DNA of 64,000 nt, from positions 84,444 to 148,443 of the forward strand of contig CAWIDI010000006.1 of assembly GCA_963834915.1 (NCBI GenBank), written 5' to 3'. The position numbers and the translations under genes are program-made. Each line of letters starts with the position of its first letter. Within the stretch, counting starts at the first letter, position 1. This DNA is from an uncultured Chloroflexia bacterium. Its GTDB lineage: Bacteria; Chloroflexota; Limnocylindria; Limnocylindrales; CSP1-4. Below, piece by piece: positions 56,011 to 64,000 of this stretch. Below the pieces are notes generated by a model. The model was not told where the DNA came from, made no database searches, and saw only the letters and a program-made list of their open reading frames with translations.

Positions 56011-57023
56011 CTACGCCTTCTTCGCTCGGCTCGGGGCGACGCGGGGCGGCTCGCCGGGCATCTTCGGATAGACGGGCGGCCACGGTGCGTCCTGCATCCC
56101 GTTGGCGAGGTCCCGGTCGTACAACTCGAGGAGCGGTTCCAAGCGATTGGGGCTGCGCGTCGAGGCGTTCCCACGGATCGCCCTGCTCCGCCACGCGCGC
56201 CGGGACCGTGTTCAGTGTGAGCGCCTCGTGGTCGATCTCGTCGAGCTCGTCCCACGCGAACGGCGTCGACACCTGGGCCTCGGGCCGCGCTCGCACCGAC
56301 CACGCACCGAACACCGTCTTGTGGGGCGCGTTCTGGTTGAAGTCGATGAAGACCCGCTCGCCGCGCTCCTCCTTCCACCAGGCGTCGGTGATCAGGTCCG
56401 GCCGGCGTCGCGCGAGCTCGCGCGCGACCGCGACCGCACCCGCGCGCACCTGGATCGGTGACCAGAGCCGATCGAGCCGGACGTAGACGTGGATGCCACG
56501 GTTGCCCGTCGTCTTCGGCCCCGACTCGATGCCGAGCTCGCCGAACAACGCGTGCACCTCGTGGGCGGCGGTCCGGACGTCGTCGAACGTGACGCCGGGC
56601 TGCGGATCGAGATCGATGCGGAGCTCGTCCGCGTGCTCCTGGTCGCTCGCGAGGCTCGGCCAGACGTGGAACCCGAGACACCCGAGGTTCACGGCCCACG
56701 CGATGTGCGCGAGATCGCATCACGACGAGTGCTTCGGACGTCGTCCCGTTCGGCGTGCTGACGGTGGCGGTCTCGAGCCAGTCCGGCGCGTTGTCCGGCA
56801 CCCGCTTCTGGAAGAAGGACTTCTGCCCGACGCCGTGGGGGAAGCGCTCCATGAGCACGGGCCGACCCCGCATCGCCCGCATCAGCGGAGCCTCGACGGA
56901 CTCGTAGTAGCGGACGAGGTCGAGCTTGGTGATCCCCGGCTCGGGGAACATCACCTTCTCCGGGCTGGAGAGCCGGAACGTCCGGCCGGCCAGCTCCAGC
57001 TCGACCTGCTCGCTCTTGGCCAT
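56011..57023 (-). pseudogene. ligD: LigD polymerase/primase domain protein (NHEJ), about 2 frame breaks
   Basis: MAKSEQVELELAGRTFRLSSPEKVMFPEPGITKLDLVRYYESV..FFQKRVP.. / ..NLGCLGFHVWPS..GPKTTGNRGIHVYVRL..FIDFNQNAPHKTVFGAWSVR.. / ..EPLLELYDRDLANG..SRAKKA*. Breaks near 56710 and 56140. Confidence 0.85.
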
Positions 57024-57080
57024 GCCCGAACGCTAACTGACCGGTACGCCTGCTCCCCCGACGTCATAGCCTGCGCGGTC

Positions 57081-57974
57081 ATGCGGCTCGGGATCATCAC
57101 GCCGATCGTCATCCTGCTGCCACGCGCGCACAACGCCTGGGAGGTCGACGCGTCGGTCGAGGACCTGGTCGCGATCGCGCAGGCAGCGGACCGGCTCGGA
57201 TACCACCACCTGACCGCCAGCGAGCACATCGCGGTGCCGGTCGACGTGGAAGCCCGCCGAGGGAAGCGCTACTGGGACCTGTTGTCGACCCTGTCCTACC
57301 TCGCGGCCGTCACGGACCGGATCCGGCTCGCCACGAACATGGTCGTGCTGCCGTACCACCATCCGCTCGAGGTCGTGAAGCACTACGGGACCCTCGATCG
57401 TCTGAGCGCCGGGCGCCTCGTCCTCGGCGTCGGGGTGGGATCGCTCCAGGAGGAATTCGCCATGCTCGGCCGCGATCTCGTCGGCCGTGGTGCGTGCTCC
57501 GACGACGCGATCCGCGCCATCCGCGCGGCCTGGGGACGCACCGAGCCGCGCTACGACGGTCCCTACTGGTCGTTCGACGACGTCGTCGTCGATCCGAGCG
57601 GGATCCAGGACCATCTGACGATCTGGGTCGGCGGCCGCACGATGCCGTCCCTGCGCCGCGCGGTGGAGCTCGGCGATGGGTGGGTGCCGTTCATCATCGG
57701 CCCCGACGAGGTGCGCGCGATGCTCGACCGTGCGAGCGACACGCCGGCGTGGGGGCAGCGCGCGACCGCGCTCGATGTCGCGCTCTGGCCCGAGCCCGTG
57801 CTGGACCCGATGCTCGAGCCGGACCGGGTTCTGGAACAGGCACACGAGCACCTCGCGAGCGGCGCGACCATCCTCAACTACCGGTTCCCGAGCCGGTCGG
57901 TCGCGCACCACGTCGAGCAGATGGAGGCGCTCACGACGGTGCTCGACCCGAGCTGGACGACGCCCACGGTCTGA
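57081..57974 (+). CDS. LLM-class (luciferase-like) F420-dependent oxidoreductase
   Basis: Intact 297 codons: MRLGIITPIV..LGYHHLTASEHI..LATNMVVLPYHHPLEVVKHYGTLDRLSAGRLVLGVGVG..GDGWVP. Confidence 0.8.
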   Translation: MRLGIITPIVILLPRAHNAWEVDASVEDLVAIAQAADRLGYHHLTASEHIAVPVDVEARRGKRYWDLLSTLSYLAAVTDRIRLATNMVVLPYHHPLEVVKHYGTLDRLSAGRLVLGVGVGSLQEEFAMLGRDLVGRGACSDDAIRAIRAAWGRTEPRYDGPYWSFDDVVVDPSGIQDHLTIWVGGRTMPSLRRAVELGDGWVPFIIGPDEVRAMLDRASDTPAWGQRATALDVALWPEPVLDPMLEPDRVLEQAHEHLASGATILNYRFPSRSVAHHVEQMEALTTVLDPSWTTPTV

Positions 57975-57999
57975 GCGGCGTGCCGCCGGGCCCGACGCC

Positions 58000-58735
58000 T
58001 CAGCTCGGCGTCGCCTCCGCCGTCGCCCGGGCGATGCGGAGCTGCTCGAGGCCCGGGTTGTCGTGACCGGTCACGCGTGGCTCGTCGTGCCAGATCCACC
58101 ACTCGTACGGTGCCGTCTGCGGGGTAGCCCTCGGGCGAGTCCTCCCAGCTCCTCCTGGCGCCCGAGGGCAGTGATGTCGAGGTAGCTCCAGGTGCTCCCC
58201 ATCGCCTCGTCGCCGCGGGCATTGACGAAGTAGGTGCGGAACACGCGGTCGCCGTCGCGGATGAACACGTTCGTGCCGTGCCACTCGTCCACGCCGAAGT
58301 CGGCGTCGAAGTCGTCCGTCATCGTGTACCAGGGCATCTCCCAGCCCATCCGCGCCTTCACCCGCTCGATGTCCGCCTGCGGCGCGCGGAGGCGAAGACG
58401 AGCGTGGTGTCCCGCTCGTTCAGGTGGGCGACGTGCGCGACCTGGTCGGCCACCATGGAGCAGCCGACGCACGCATGATCGGGCCAGCCGTGCACGCCGG
58501 GCTCGAGGAAGGCGCGGTAGACGATCAGCTGGCGGCGGCCTTCGAACAGGTCGAGCAGGCTCGCCGGTCCGTTCGGCCCGACGAACTCGTACTCCTTGTC
58601 CACCGCCGACCACGGCATCCGCCGCCGCTCGGCGGCCAGCGCGTCACGGGCGCGGGTCAGCTCCTTCTCCTTCACCAGCAGCTCCTGGCGTGCGGCTTCC
58701 CACTCCTGCGGCGACACGATCGGGGGTGTCTTCAT
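58000..58735 (-). pseudogene. DUF899 thioredoxin-like protein, 2 frame breaks
   Basis: MKTPPIVSPQEWEAARQELLVKEKELTRARDALAAERRRMPW..LIVYRAFLEPGVHGWPDHACVGCSMVADQV.. / ..ADIERVKARMGWEMPWYTMTDDFDADFGVDEWHGTNVFIRDGDRVFRTYF.. / ..YEWWIWHDE... Breaks near 58385 and 58152. Confidence 0.8.
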
Positions 58736-58809
58736 CCCGGACTCTCTCGCTTGTCCGTCTCGTCGCGTACGACGAACAGGGCGTGCCGGGCCCGCGAGGG
58801 ACGACGGCA

Positions 58810-59570
58810 TCAGCCATTCCTCGACGGCATCCCGCGATGTGGGCGAGCATCACGACGTCGCGCCGCGGGTACTCGTCGTGCCGATGGAACCAGGACAGGT
58901 CGCCCTCGTTGCGGCCCAGGGCGCGCGGTCGAGCCACTGCCACATCGGCCACAGCCCGTCGAAGCCGCGGAGTACGCGGAGTACGTGTGGAACACGTCGT
59001 CGCCGTCACGCGAACGCGCTCATGCCGGGTTGCTCGCCCGACCAGTCGCGCCAGGCGACGTTCTCCGCCTCGAGCTGCGCCTGGTCCTTGTAGTTGTACT
59101 CACGGGCGCGACGTCGGATCGATCGTCGCGTGGAAGTCGTAGTTGAAGCTGCTGCCGAACGACGAGACCCAACGGAGGTCCCAGCCCATGCGCTGCTTGT
59201 ACGCGACGATCTTGTCGAGCGGCGCGCGACGACACGACGACGAACGCGACGTCGTGGTGCTCGAAGTGCGGGATGCTGCCGGCGAAGCCGTCGGCCATCG
59301 CCGAGCAGCTCGGGCAACCTCCCTCCCAGCCGGGCCCAACATGAAGTGGTAGACGAGCATCTGCGAACGCGCCGAACAGATCGCGCAGCGACGCTTCGCC
59401 GTCCTCCGTCGCGAACCGGTAGTCCTCCTCGACCGGCACCCAGGGCAGCTCGCGTCGCCGTCGTGCGAGCTCGTCGCTGCGGCGCGTCAGGTCCTTCTCG
59501 GCGTGCGAGCAGCTCGAGGCGAGCGGCGAGCCATTCGTCGCGGGTGCCGACGGTGTGCGTGGGTCGTCAT
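58810..59570 (-). pseudogene. Second DUF899-family protein, many frame breaks (3' end uncertain)
   Basis: MTTH / TVGTRDEWLAARLELL / AHAEKDLTRRSDELARRRRELPWVPVEEDYRFATEDGEASLRDLF.. / MLVYHFM.. / GPGWEGGCPSCSAMADGFAGSIPHFEHHDVAFVVVS / RAPLDKIVAYKQRMGWDLRWVSSFGSSFNYDFH.. / ..VFHTYSAYS / ..LGRNEGDLSWFHRHDEY. Confidence 0.7.
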
Positions 59571-59576
59571 GTCTCC

Positions 59577-60009
59577 TCAGCCCCTCTCGGTGTCGAGCTC
59601 GCGCAGGATGTCGGCCCATCCCTGCGGTGTGACCCTTCCTGTGCCCCCTCGTCGGGAAGCCCGACCTGATGGATCTCGACGAGCGTCGAGACGTCCGACG
59701 CCGGCTTGAAGGTGACGGTCACGACCGAGTCCCGGAACTGCGTCGCCGGCGACGACCAGGTGAAGACCAGGCGGTGGGGCCGGTCGATCTCCCGGTAGGT
59801 GCCGGTGTGCAGCATCGAGGATGTCGTCCGTCGACCATGACGATGCGGAACGTGCCGCCGACCCGCGGATCCGTCTCGACCCGGGCTCCTGCGTGCCCCG
59901 ACGGCTTCAGCCACGTGCCGAGGCTTTCGGCGTCGAGCCAGGCGTCGAAGAGGTCTTCGGCCGGGGCGGCGATCTCCCGCCGGACGGTGACCGAGTAGTC
60001 GTCGGTCAC
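59577..60009 (-). pseudogene. SRPBCC/AHSA1-like protein, about 3 frame breaks
   Basis: The GTG overlaps the ArsR stop (GTGA). VTDDYSVTVRREIAAPAEDLFDAWLDAESLGTWLKPSGHAGARVETDPRVGGTFRIVMVDG / ..MLHTGTYREIDRPHRLVFTWSSPATQFRDSVVTVTFKPASDVSTLVEIHQVGLPDE / ..GWADILRELDTERG*. Confidence 0.75.
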
Positions 60010-60359
60010 GATGATCTCCTCGGGTCGTCGCGGCCGGTGACGAACGCGTCGAGCGCGGCGAGCTGATCGCTCCAGAACCGGCGGTAGTGCTCGATCCATG
60101 CCGGCCGCGTCGGCGAGCGGCGCCGCGTCGAGGCGCAAGATGTGCTCCCGACCCCGCACGGTCCGGTGCACGAGGCCCGGCGCCCTCGAGCACCCGGATG
60201 TGCTTCGACGTCGAGTTGAGCGAGATCGGGAACGCAGCTGGCGAGATCCGTGACCCGCGCGTCCGACTCCGCCAGCCGGGCCAGGATCGCCCGGCGGGTG
60301 GGGTCGGAGACGGCCGAGAAGACCCGGTCGAGCGTGGCCGTGGTCGAATATTCATCCAT
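60006..60359 (-). pseudogene. ArsR/SmtB-family regulator; ORF open but the middle third is out of frame
   Basis: MDEYSTTATLDRVFSAVSDPTRRAILARLAESDARVTDLA .. then the recognition helix AAFPISLNSTSKHIRVLEGAG and HRTVRGREHILRLDAAPLADAAG lie in two other frames. The sequence returns to frame for WIEHYRRFWSDQLAALDAFV (three successive one-base shifts). Confidence 0.8.
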
Positions 60360-60413
60360 AAGGGTGAATGTTAGTGGAGGTCGTGCCGGAGCGCAACCCG
60401 GTGTGCCGCCGCG

Positions 60414-61371
60414 TCAGGCCGCGAGCCGCGCCCAGTCCCCGACTTCGTGCACCGTGCCGTCGTCGGCGACGAGCAGCCCGGATGCTCCGTTGGCGGTCAA
60501 CAACGCGGCACCACGACCGGTCCCGCGAGGAACGCGGCCTTGGCGAGCACCTCGGCCCGCCAGCCCTCACCGCTGACCACGGTCACGCCGGCGAGGCCGG
60601 TCGCTGCCGGCAGCACCGGTCGCCGGATCGATCAGGTGGTGACGCGGGCGTGCCGTCCGGCGCCTTCCAGGCGCGCTTCGTGCGCCAGCTCGACGCCACC
60701 GCGCCCGCTTCGAGCGCGATCGTGCCGACGCACGCGGTCGGGATCGTTCGGGTCGTCGATCGCGATCGACCCAACCCTCGCCTTCGGGCGCCTCGCCGGC
60801 GGCGCGCAGATCGCCCCCGACGTTCACCAGGGCGCCGCGCGCACCTTCGGCGAGCAGGAGCTCGACGACGAGATCCGCGGCGAGCCCCTTCCCGATACCG
60901 CCCGGGTCGATCGTGACCTCGGGCCCGAGCGCACACCGAGCCGACGATCGGGTCGAGCCGGATCTGCGTCCGGACCCGCACGCTCCGACGCGACGGCCCG
61001 GAGCCGGTGCTGTCGCCCGGTGACGCAGGAGTCGCGCGGTGCGTCGGGCGAGCCGATGAGCTCGAAGGACCGGTCGTAGCCGGCGGCGCGCACCTCGTGC
61101 AGCAGCGTCGGGTCGAACCGACCTTCGGTGAGGCGCCAACCCTCGACGGCGCGCTCGATCAGCTGGTAGGTGTCCTGGGACACGAGCACGGGGACGCCGG
61201 CGCGCTCGTTGAGCCGGCTGATCTCGCTGTCGCGTCCGGAACCGGCTCCAGCGAGCCTCCAGCTCCTCGAGCCGCTCGACCGCCCGATCGGCGAGACCGG
61301 GTCGGCCCTCCGGTCACGATCACGTGCGCCGTGGTTCCCATCACTTCGACGATCCGCTCTTCGCTGTTCAT
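60414..61371 (-). pseudogene. apbE: FAD:protein FMN transferase (ApbE), many frame breaks
   Basis: MNSEERIVEVMGTTAHVIVTGG / ..EISRLNERAGVPVLVSQDTYQLIERAVEGWRLTEGRFDPT.. / ..EVTIDPGGIGKGLAADLVVELLLAEGARGALVNVGGDL.. / ..HHLIDPATG.. / ..LLVADDGTVHEVGDWARLAA*. Confidence 0.8.
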
Positions 61372-61436
61372 GGCACCATCCAACGCCTCGCGGCGTGAAG
61401 CCCGCGCGACCGGCCGGATGAAGGTGCCGTGAAGGA

Positions 61437-62547
61437 TCACGCCGGCGTCGGGTCGCTCCCGGTGGGCCATCGGGAGCGTGAGGGTGAAGACCGAACCGGC
61501 GCCGACACCGGGGGACGCGGCCTCGATGTCGCCGTGATGCGCCCGGGCGAGCCCCCGGGCGATCGTCAGCCCGATGCCGCTGCCGCCCGCCGGGCGCACC
61601 GGGCCGTGCACCCGGTAGAAGCGGTCGAAGACGAGCTCGCGGTCCTCGGGCGACAGGCCGATGCCCGTGTCGCTCACGGTGATGGTCGCCGCCGTCGCGC
61701 TCGCGGCTCGCCCGCACCTCGACCCGGCCGCCGGCCGGCGTGTAGGTGAGCGCGTTCCCGAAGAGGTTGGTGAGCACCTGCGCGATCCGGTCGGGATCGA
61801 CCTCGACGGGGAGCGGCGGTCCCGCCGCGACGGAGAGGCTCACCCCCTTCTCGTCGAACTGCGGCCGCAGTCGCTCGGCGCTCGACGCCGCGAGCTCGCC
61901 GAGATCGACGACTCGCAGATGGAGCTCGGTCGCGCCTTCCTCGGAGCGGGAGAGCTCGGCGAGATCCGACGCGAGCCGCTGCAACCGAGACGTCTCCTCC
62001 CCGACCGCGACCAGCACCTCCTCGCTCGGCTCGAACACGCCGTCGAGCATGCCTTCGACGTACCCGTCGATCGTCGTCAGCGGCGTGCGCATCTCGTGGG
62101 CGACCTCGGAGACGAGCCGCGCCCGTCGCCGTTCCGTCGTCTCGAGCTCGACCGCGAGCCGGTTGACGTCACGGGCCAGCTCGGCGAGCTCGAGCTCCCC
62201 CGGCTCCGCGACCCGCTCGTCGTAGTGCCCGTTCGCCAGCCGGCGGGTCGCGTCCCGCACCTGCGCGCACCGGGCGAACGATCCGGCGGGCGACGAGCGT
62301 GGACACGATCGCAGCCGCGCCGAGGCTCGCCGCCAGCGCGACCCACAGCGCGGCGTCGAGCGAGTCGACGAACACGTTGTGCGACTCGCTCTCCTTGTCC
62401 CCGCATACCGCGACCCTCTTGATGTCATCGTCGAAACGAGCCGAGCGCGACGACGCGGACCGTCACCGCGAGCGCGGCGAAGACGACGAGCGCGACGAGC
62501 GCGTACGACGCGAACAGGCGGACGTCGAGCCGGCGCCAGGCCCTCAT
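61437..62547 (-). pseudogene. Sensor histidine kinase (TM-HAMP-HisKA-HATPase), several frame breaks, 3' end uncertain
   Basis: The ATG overlaps the regulator stop (ATGA). MRAWRRLDVRLFASYALVALVVFAALAV.., H-box VSEVAHEMRTPLTTI, N-box LTNLFGNALTYTP, G-boxes DTGIGL and GGSGIGLTIARGL. Confidence 0.8.
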
Positions 62548-63243
62548 TCCGGCGTGCCGAGGAACTTGTAGCCGACGCCGCGAACCGTGCCGATGAGCTC
62601 GGGATCGTCGGCGCTGTCGCCGAGCTCCTTGCGGATGCTCCGGATGTGGACGTCGACCACCCGCTCGTCGCCGAAGAAGTCGAAGCCCCAGACCTGCTCG
62701 AGCAGCTGGCGCCGGGAGAGCACGCGCCCGGGCGCGCGAGCGAGGGCGGCGAGCAGATCGAACTCGAGCGTGCTGAGCGAGACGTCCCGGCCGTCCCGCT
62801 CGACCTCGCGAGCGTCGACATCGATGACGAGCCCGCGAAAGACCAGTCGGTCCGCTGCTCTCGCGCGTCGTGCGTCCCGCGGCCCGACGCAGCACCGTCT
62901 TGATGCGGGCGACGAGCTCGCGGGGCCGAAACGGCTTCGTGACGTAGTCGTCGGCGCCGACGGAGAGCCCGACGAGCGTGTCGACCTCCTCGGCGCGAGC
63001 CGTGAGCAGGATCACCGGCACCTCCGACGTGGTCCGCAGCCGGCGCAGCACCTCGATCCCGTCGGTCCCGGGCATCATCACGTCGAGCACGACGAGGTCC
63101 GGCGATGCCAGTCGCGGGCCGCCTGCAGCGCCGCGTCTCCGTCGCGCGCCTCGGTCGACCTCGAAGCCCTCGCGCTCGAGGTAGCTGCGGACGATCTCCC
63201 GGATCTTGTCTTCGTCGTCGACGACGAGAACTCGTTTTGCCAC
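62544..63243 (-). pseudogene. OmpR-family response regulator, about 2-3 frame breaks
   Basis: VAKRVLVVDDEDKIREIVRSYLEREGFEV / ..DLVVLDVMMPGTDGIEVLRRLR..PVILLTARAEEVDTLVGLSVGADDYVTKPFRPRELVARI.. / LVFRGLVIDVDAREVERDGRDVSLSTLEFDLLAALA..GDERVVDVHIRSIRKEL..TVRGVGYKFLGTPE*. Confidence 0.85.
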
Positions 63244-63401
63244 GGCGGCCAGGGTACGCCGACCGTCTTCGGACGCCCGGGGCTGCTTCATCGGACACTT
63301 CACGGGCGCCGCGCTCGGGCCTTCATGCCGCCTCCTGTTGTCTGACTACCACGAAGACCGGATGCGCACGAGCTCCGGACCGACGACCGAGAGGAGCAGC
63401 G

Positions 63402-63677
63402 ATGCAGCGGAAGACGGCAGTCGCCGCCGCAAGTGCGGTCTCGATGAGCCTCGCCGCCGCGGCGATCGCCATCGGGGCCAGCTTCGGCGCGCTGGGCTTC
63501 GGCGCCGCCACGCCCTCCGCCGTCGACCCAGCCGACGCCGGCGGTCGTCGTCGGCATCGGCGACCCGCGCCGACCTCGAGCCCGAGCGCCACCGGCGAGC
63601 GCGAGCACGACGGCCGATCGACCGGCGCGGTCACGACGACCGGCGCCACGCACGAGAAGGGACATTCCGATGACTGA
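63402..63677 (+). CDS. Hypothetical small secreted/anchored protein
   Basis: Internal ATG of ORF 63105..63677: MQRKTAVAAASAVSMSLAAAAIAIGASFGALGFG (signal/TM), then a charged tail. Divergent from the response regulator. Confidence 0.35.
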   Translation: MQRKTAVAAASAVSMSLAAAAIAIGASFGALGFGAATPSAVDPADAGGRRRHRRPAPTSSPSATGEREHDGRSTGAVTTTGATHEKGHSDD

Positions 63678-64000
63678 CCGCAGCAACGACATCGACCCGG
63701 CCGAGCGGGTCCGGCAGCTCCAGGACCGCCGCGCCGCCTCCGGTCGCACGCCACGCGACCGGCAGCCGCGCGCCCGCGTCGCGCCGGATCGGCCGTGAGC
63801 CGGCGGCAGCGTCGACCGCGACCCCGGTCGCCGCGACCGAGGCCGCGTCGCCGTCACCCGGCGGCGGCGACCCGCTGGCTGCTCGGCGGGCTCAGCATCG
63901 TCTCGTTCTTCGGGATCGCCGGGACCGTCGCGGCCGCGAATGCCGGCTCGGTCGCGACCCCGACGCCCGGCGCGACGGCCAGCGCGCCCGCGACGAGCAC
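63670..64000 (+). other. Possible gene running off the window (frame unclear)
   Basis: The ATG at 63670 overlaps the preceding stop and gives MTDRSNDIDPAERVRQLQDRRAASG.. for 43 codons. A TM-like stretch (RWLLGGLSIVSFFGIAGTVAAANAG) follows in another frame. Confidence 0.2.

Noticed and set aside
4638-63300. Programmed ribosomal frameshifting as the explanation for the frame breaks
   Set aside because: The breaks occur in dozens of unrelated genes, often several per gene. There is no shared slippery heptamer or downstream structure. Some sets cancel each other within tens of nucleotides.

Overview
Very GC-rich bacterial chromosomal segment. The gene set looks like Actinomycetota: F420-type PPOX and LLM enzymes, a mycothiol-type DinB/TIGR03083 protein, a WYL/PafBC-like regulator and a stand-alone LigD polymerase domain. 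I recognise about 70 protein genes, one tRNA-Arg(UCG), two in-frame coding tandem repeats and a few GC-rich hairpin terminators. I see no CRISPR array, transposase, integrase or prophage genes. Left to right: an edge-truncated DNA methyltransferase and a large LAL/LuxR regulator; cupredoxin lipoprotein, AlaX and an RCK K+ channel; pntAA-pntAB-pntB; kynA-CPBP-EamA; epoxide hydrolase; FIST sensor plus class III cyclase, STAS protein and ABC-2 exporter; a sucrose module (GH32, sps, spp) and a ClC channel; tandem MarR genes; an orphan Flp-like pilin with a Pro/Thr/Lys repeat tail; a Met/His-repeat lipoprotein with DipZ; a molybdate cluster (regulator, modA, modB, Mop) with no modC; beta-carbonic anhydrase; dapB-dapA-dapD-lysA behind a structured leader; M23 peptidase; and a membrane protein-WYL-CAP-HD cluster. 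From about 43.7 kb to the end, most genes can only be recognised by stitching 2-8 ORF fragments. These include the beta-propeller, Coq4-like, ATP-grasp, QOR, BVMO, LigD-pol, two DUF899, SRPBCC, ArsR, ApbE and the OmpR/HK pair. Their frames are broken by single-base indels, nearly always one extra base in a short C/G run, while a few neighbouring genes stay intact. About a dozen isolated breaks of the same kind occur in the first 35 kb, including one in dapD. Without reads I cannot separate sequencing error from real decay, but the pattern favours error. No feature is an unambiguous novel system. The findings list the best candidates for follow-up.
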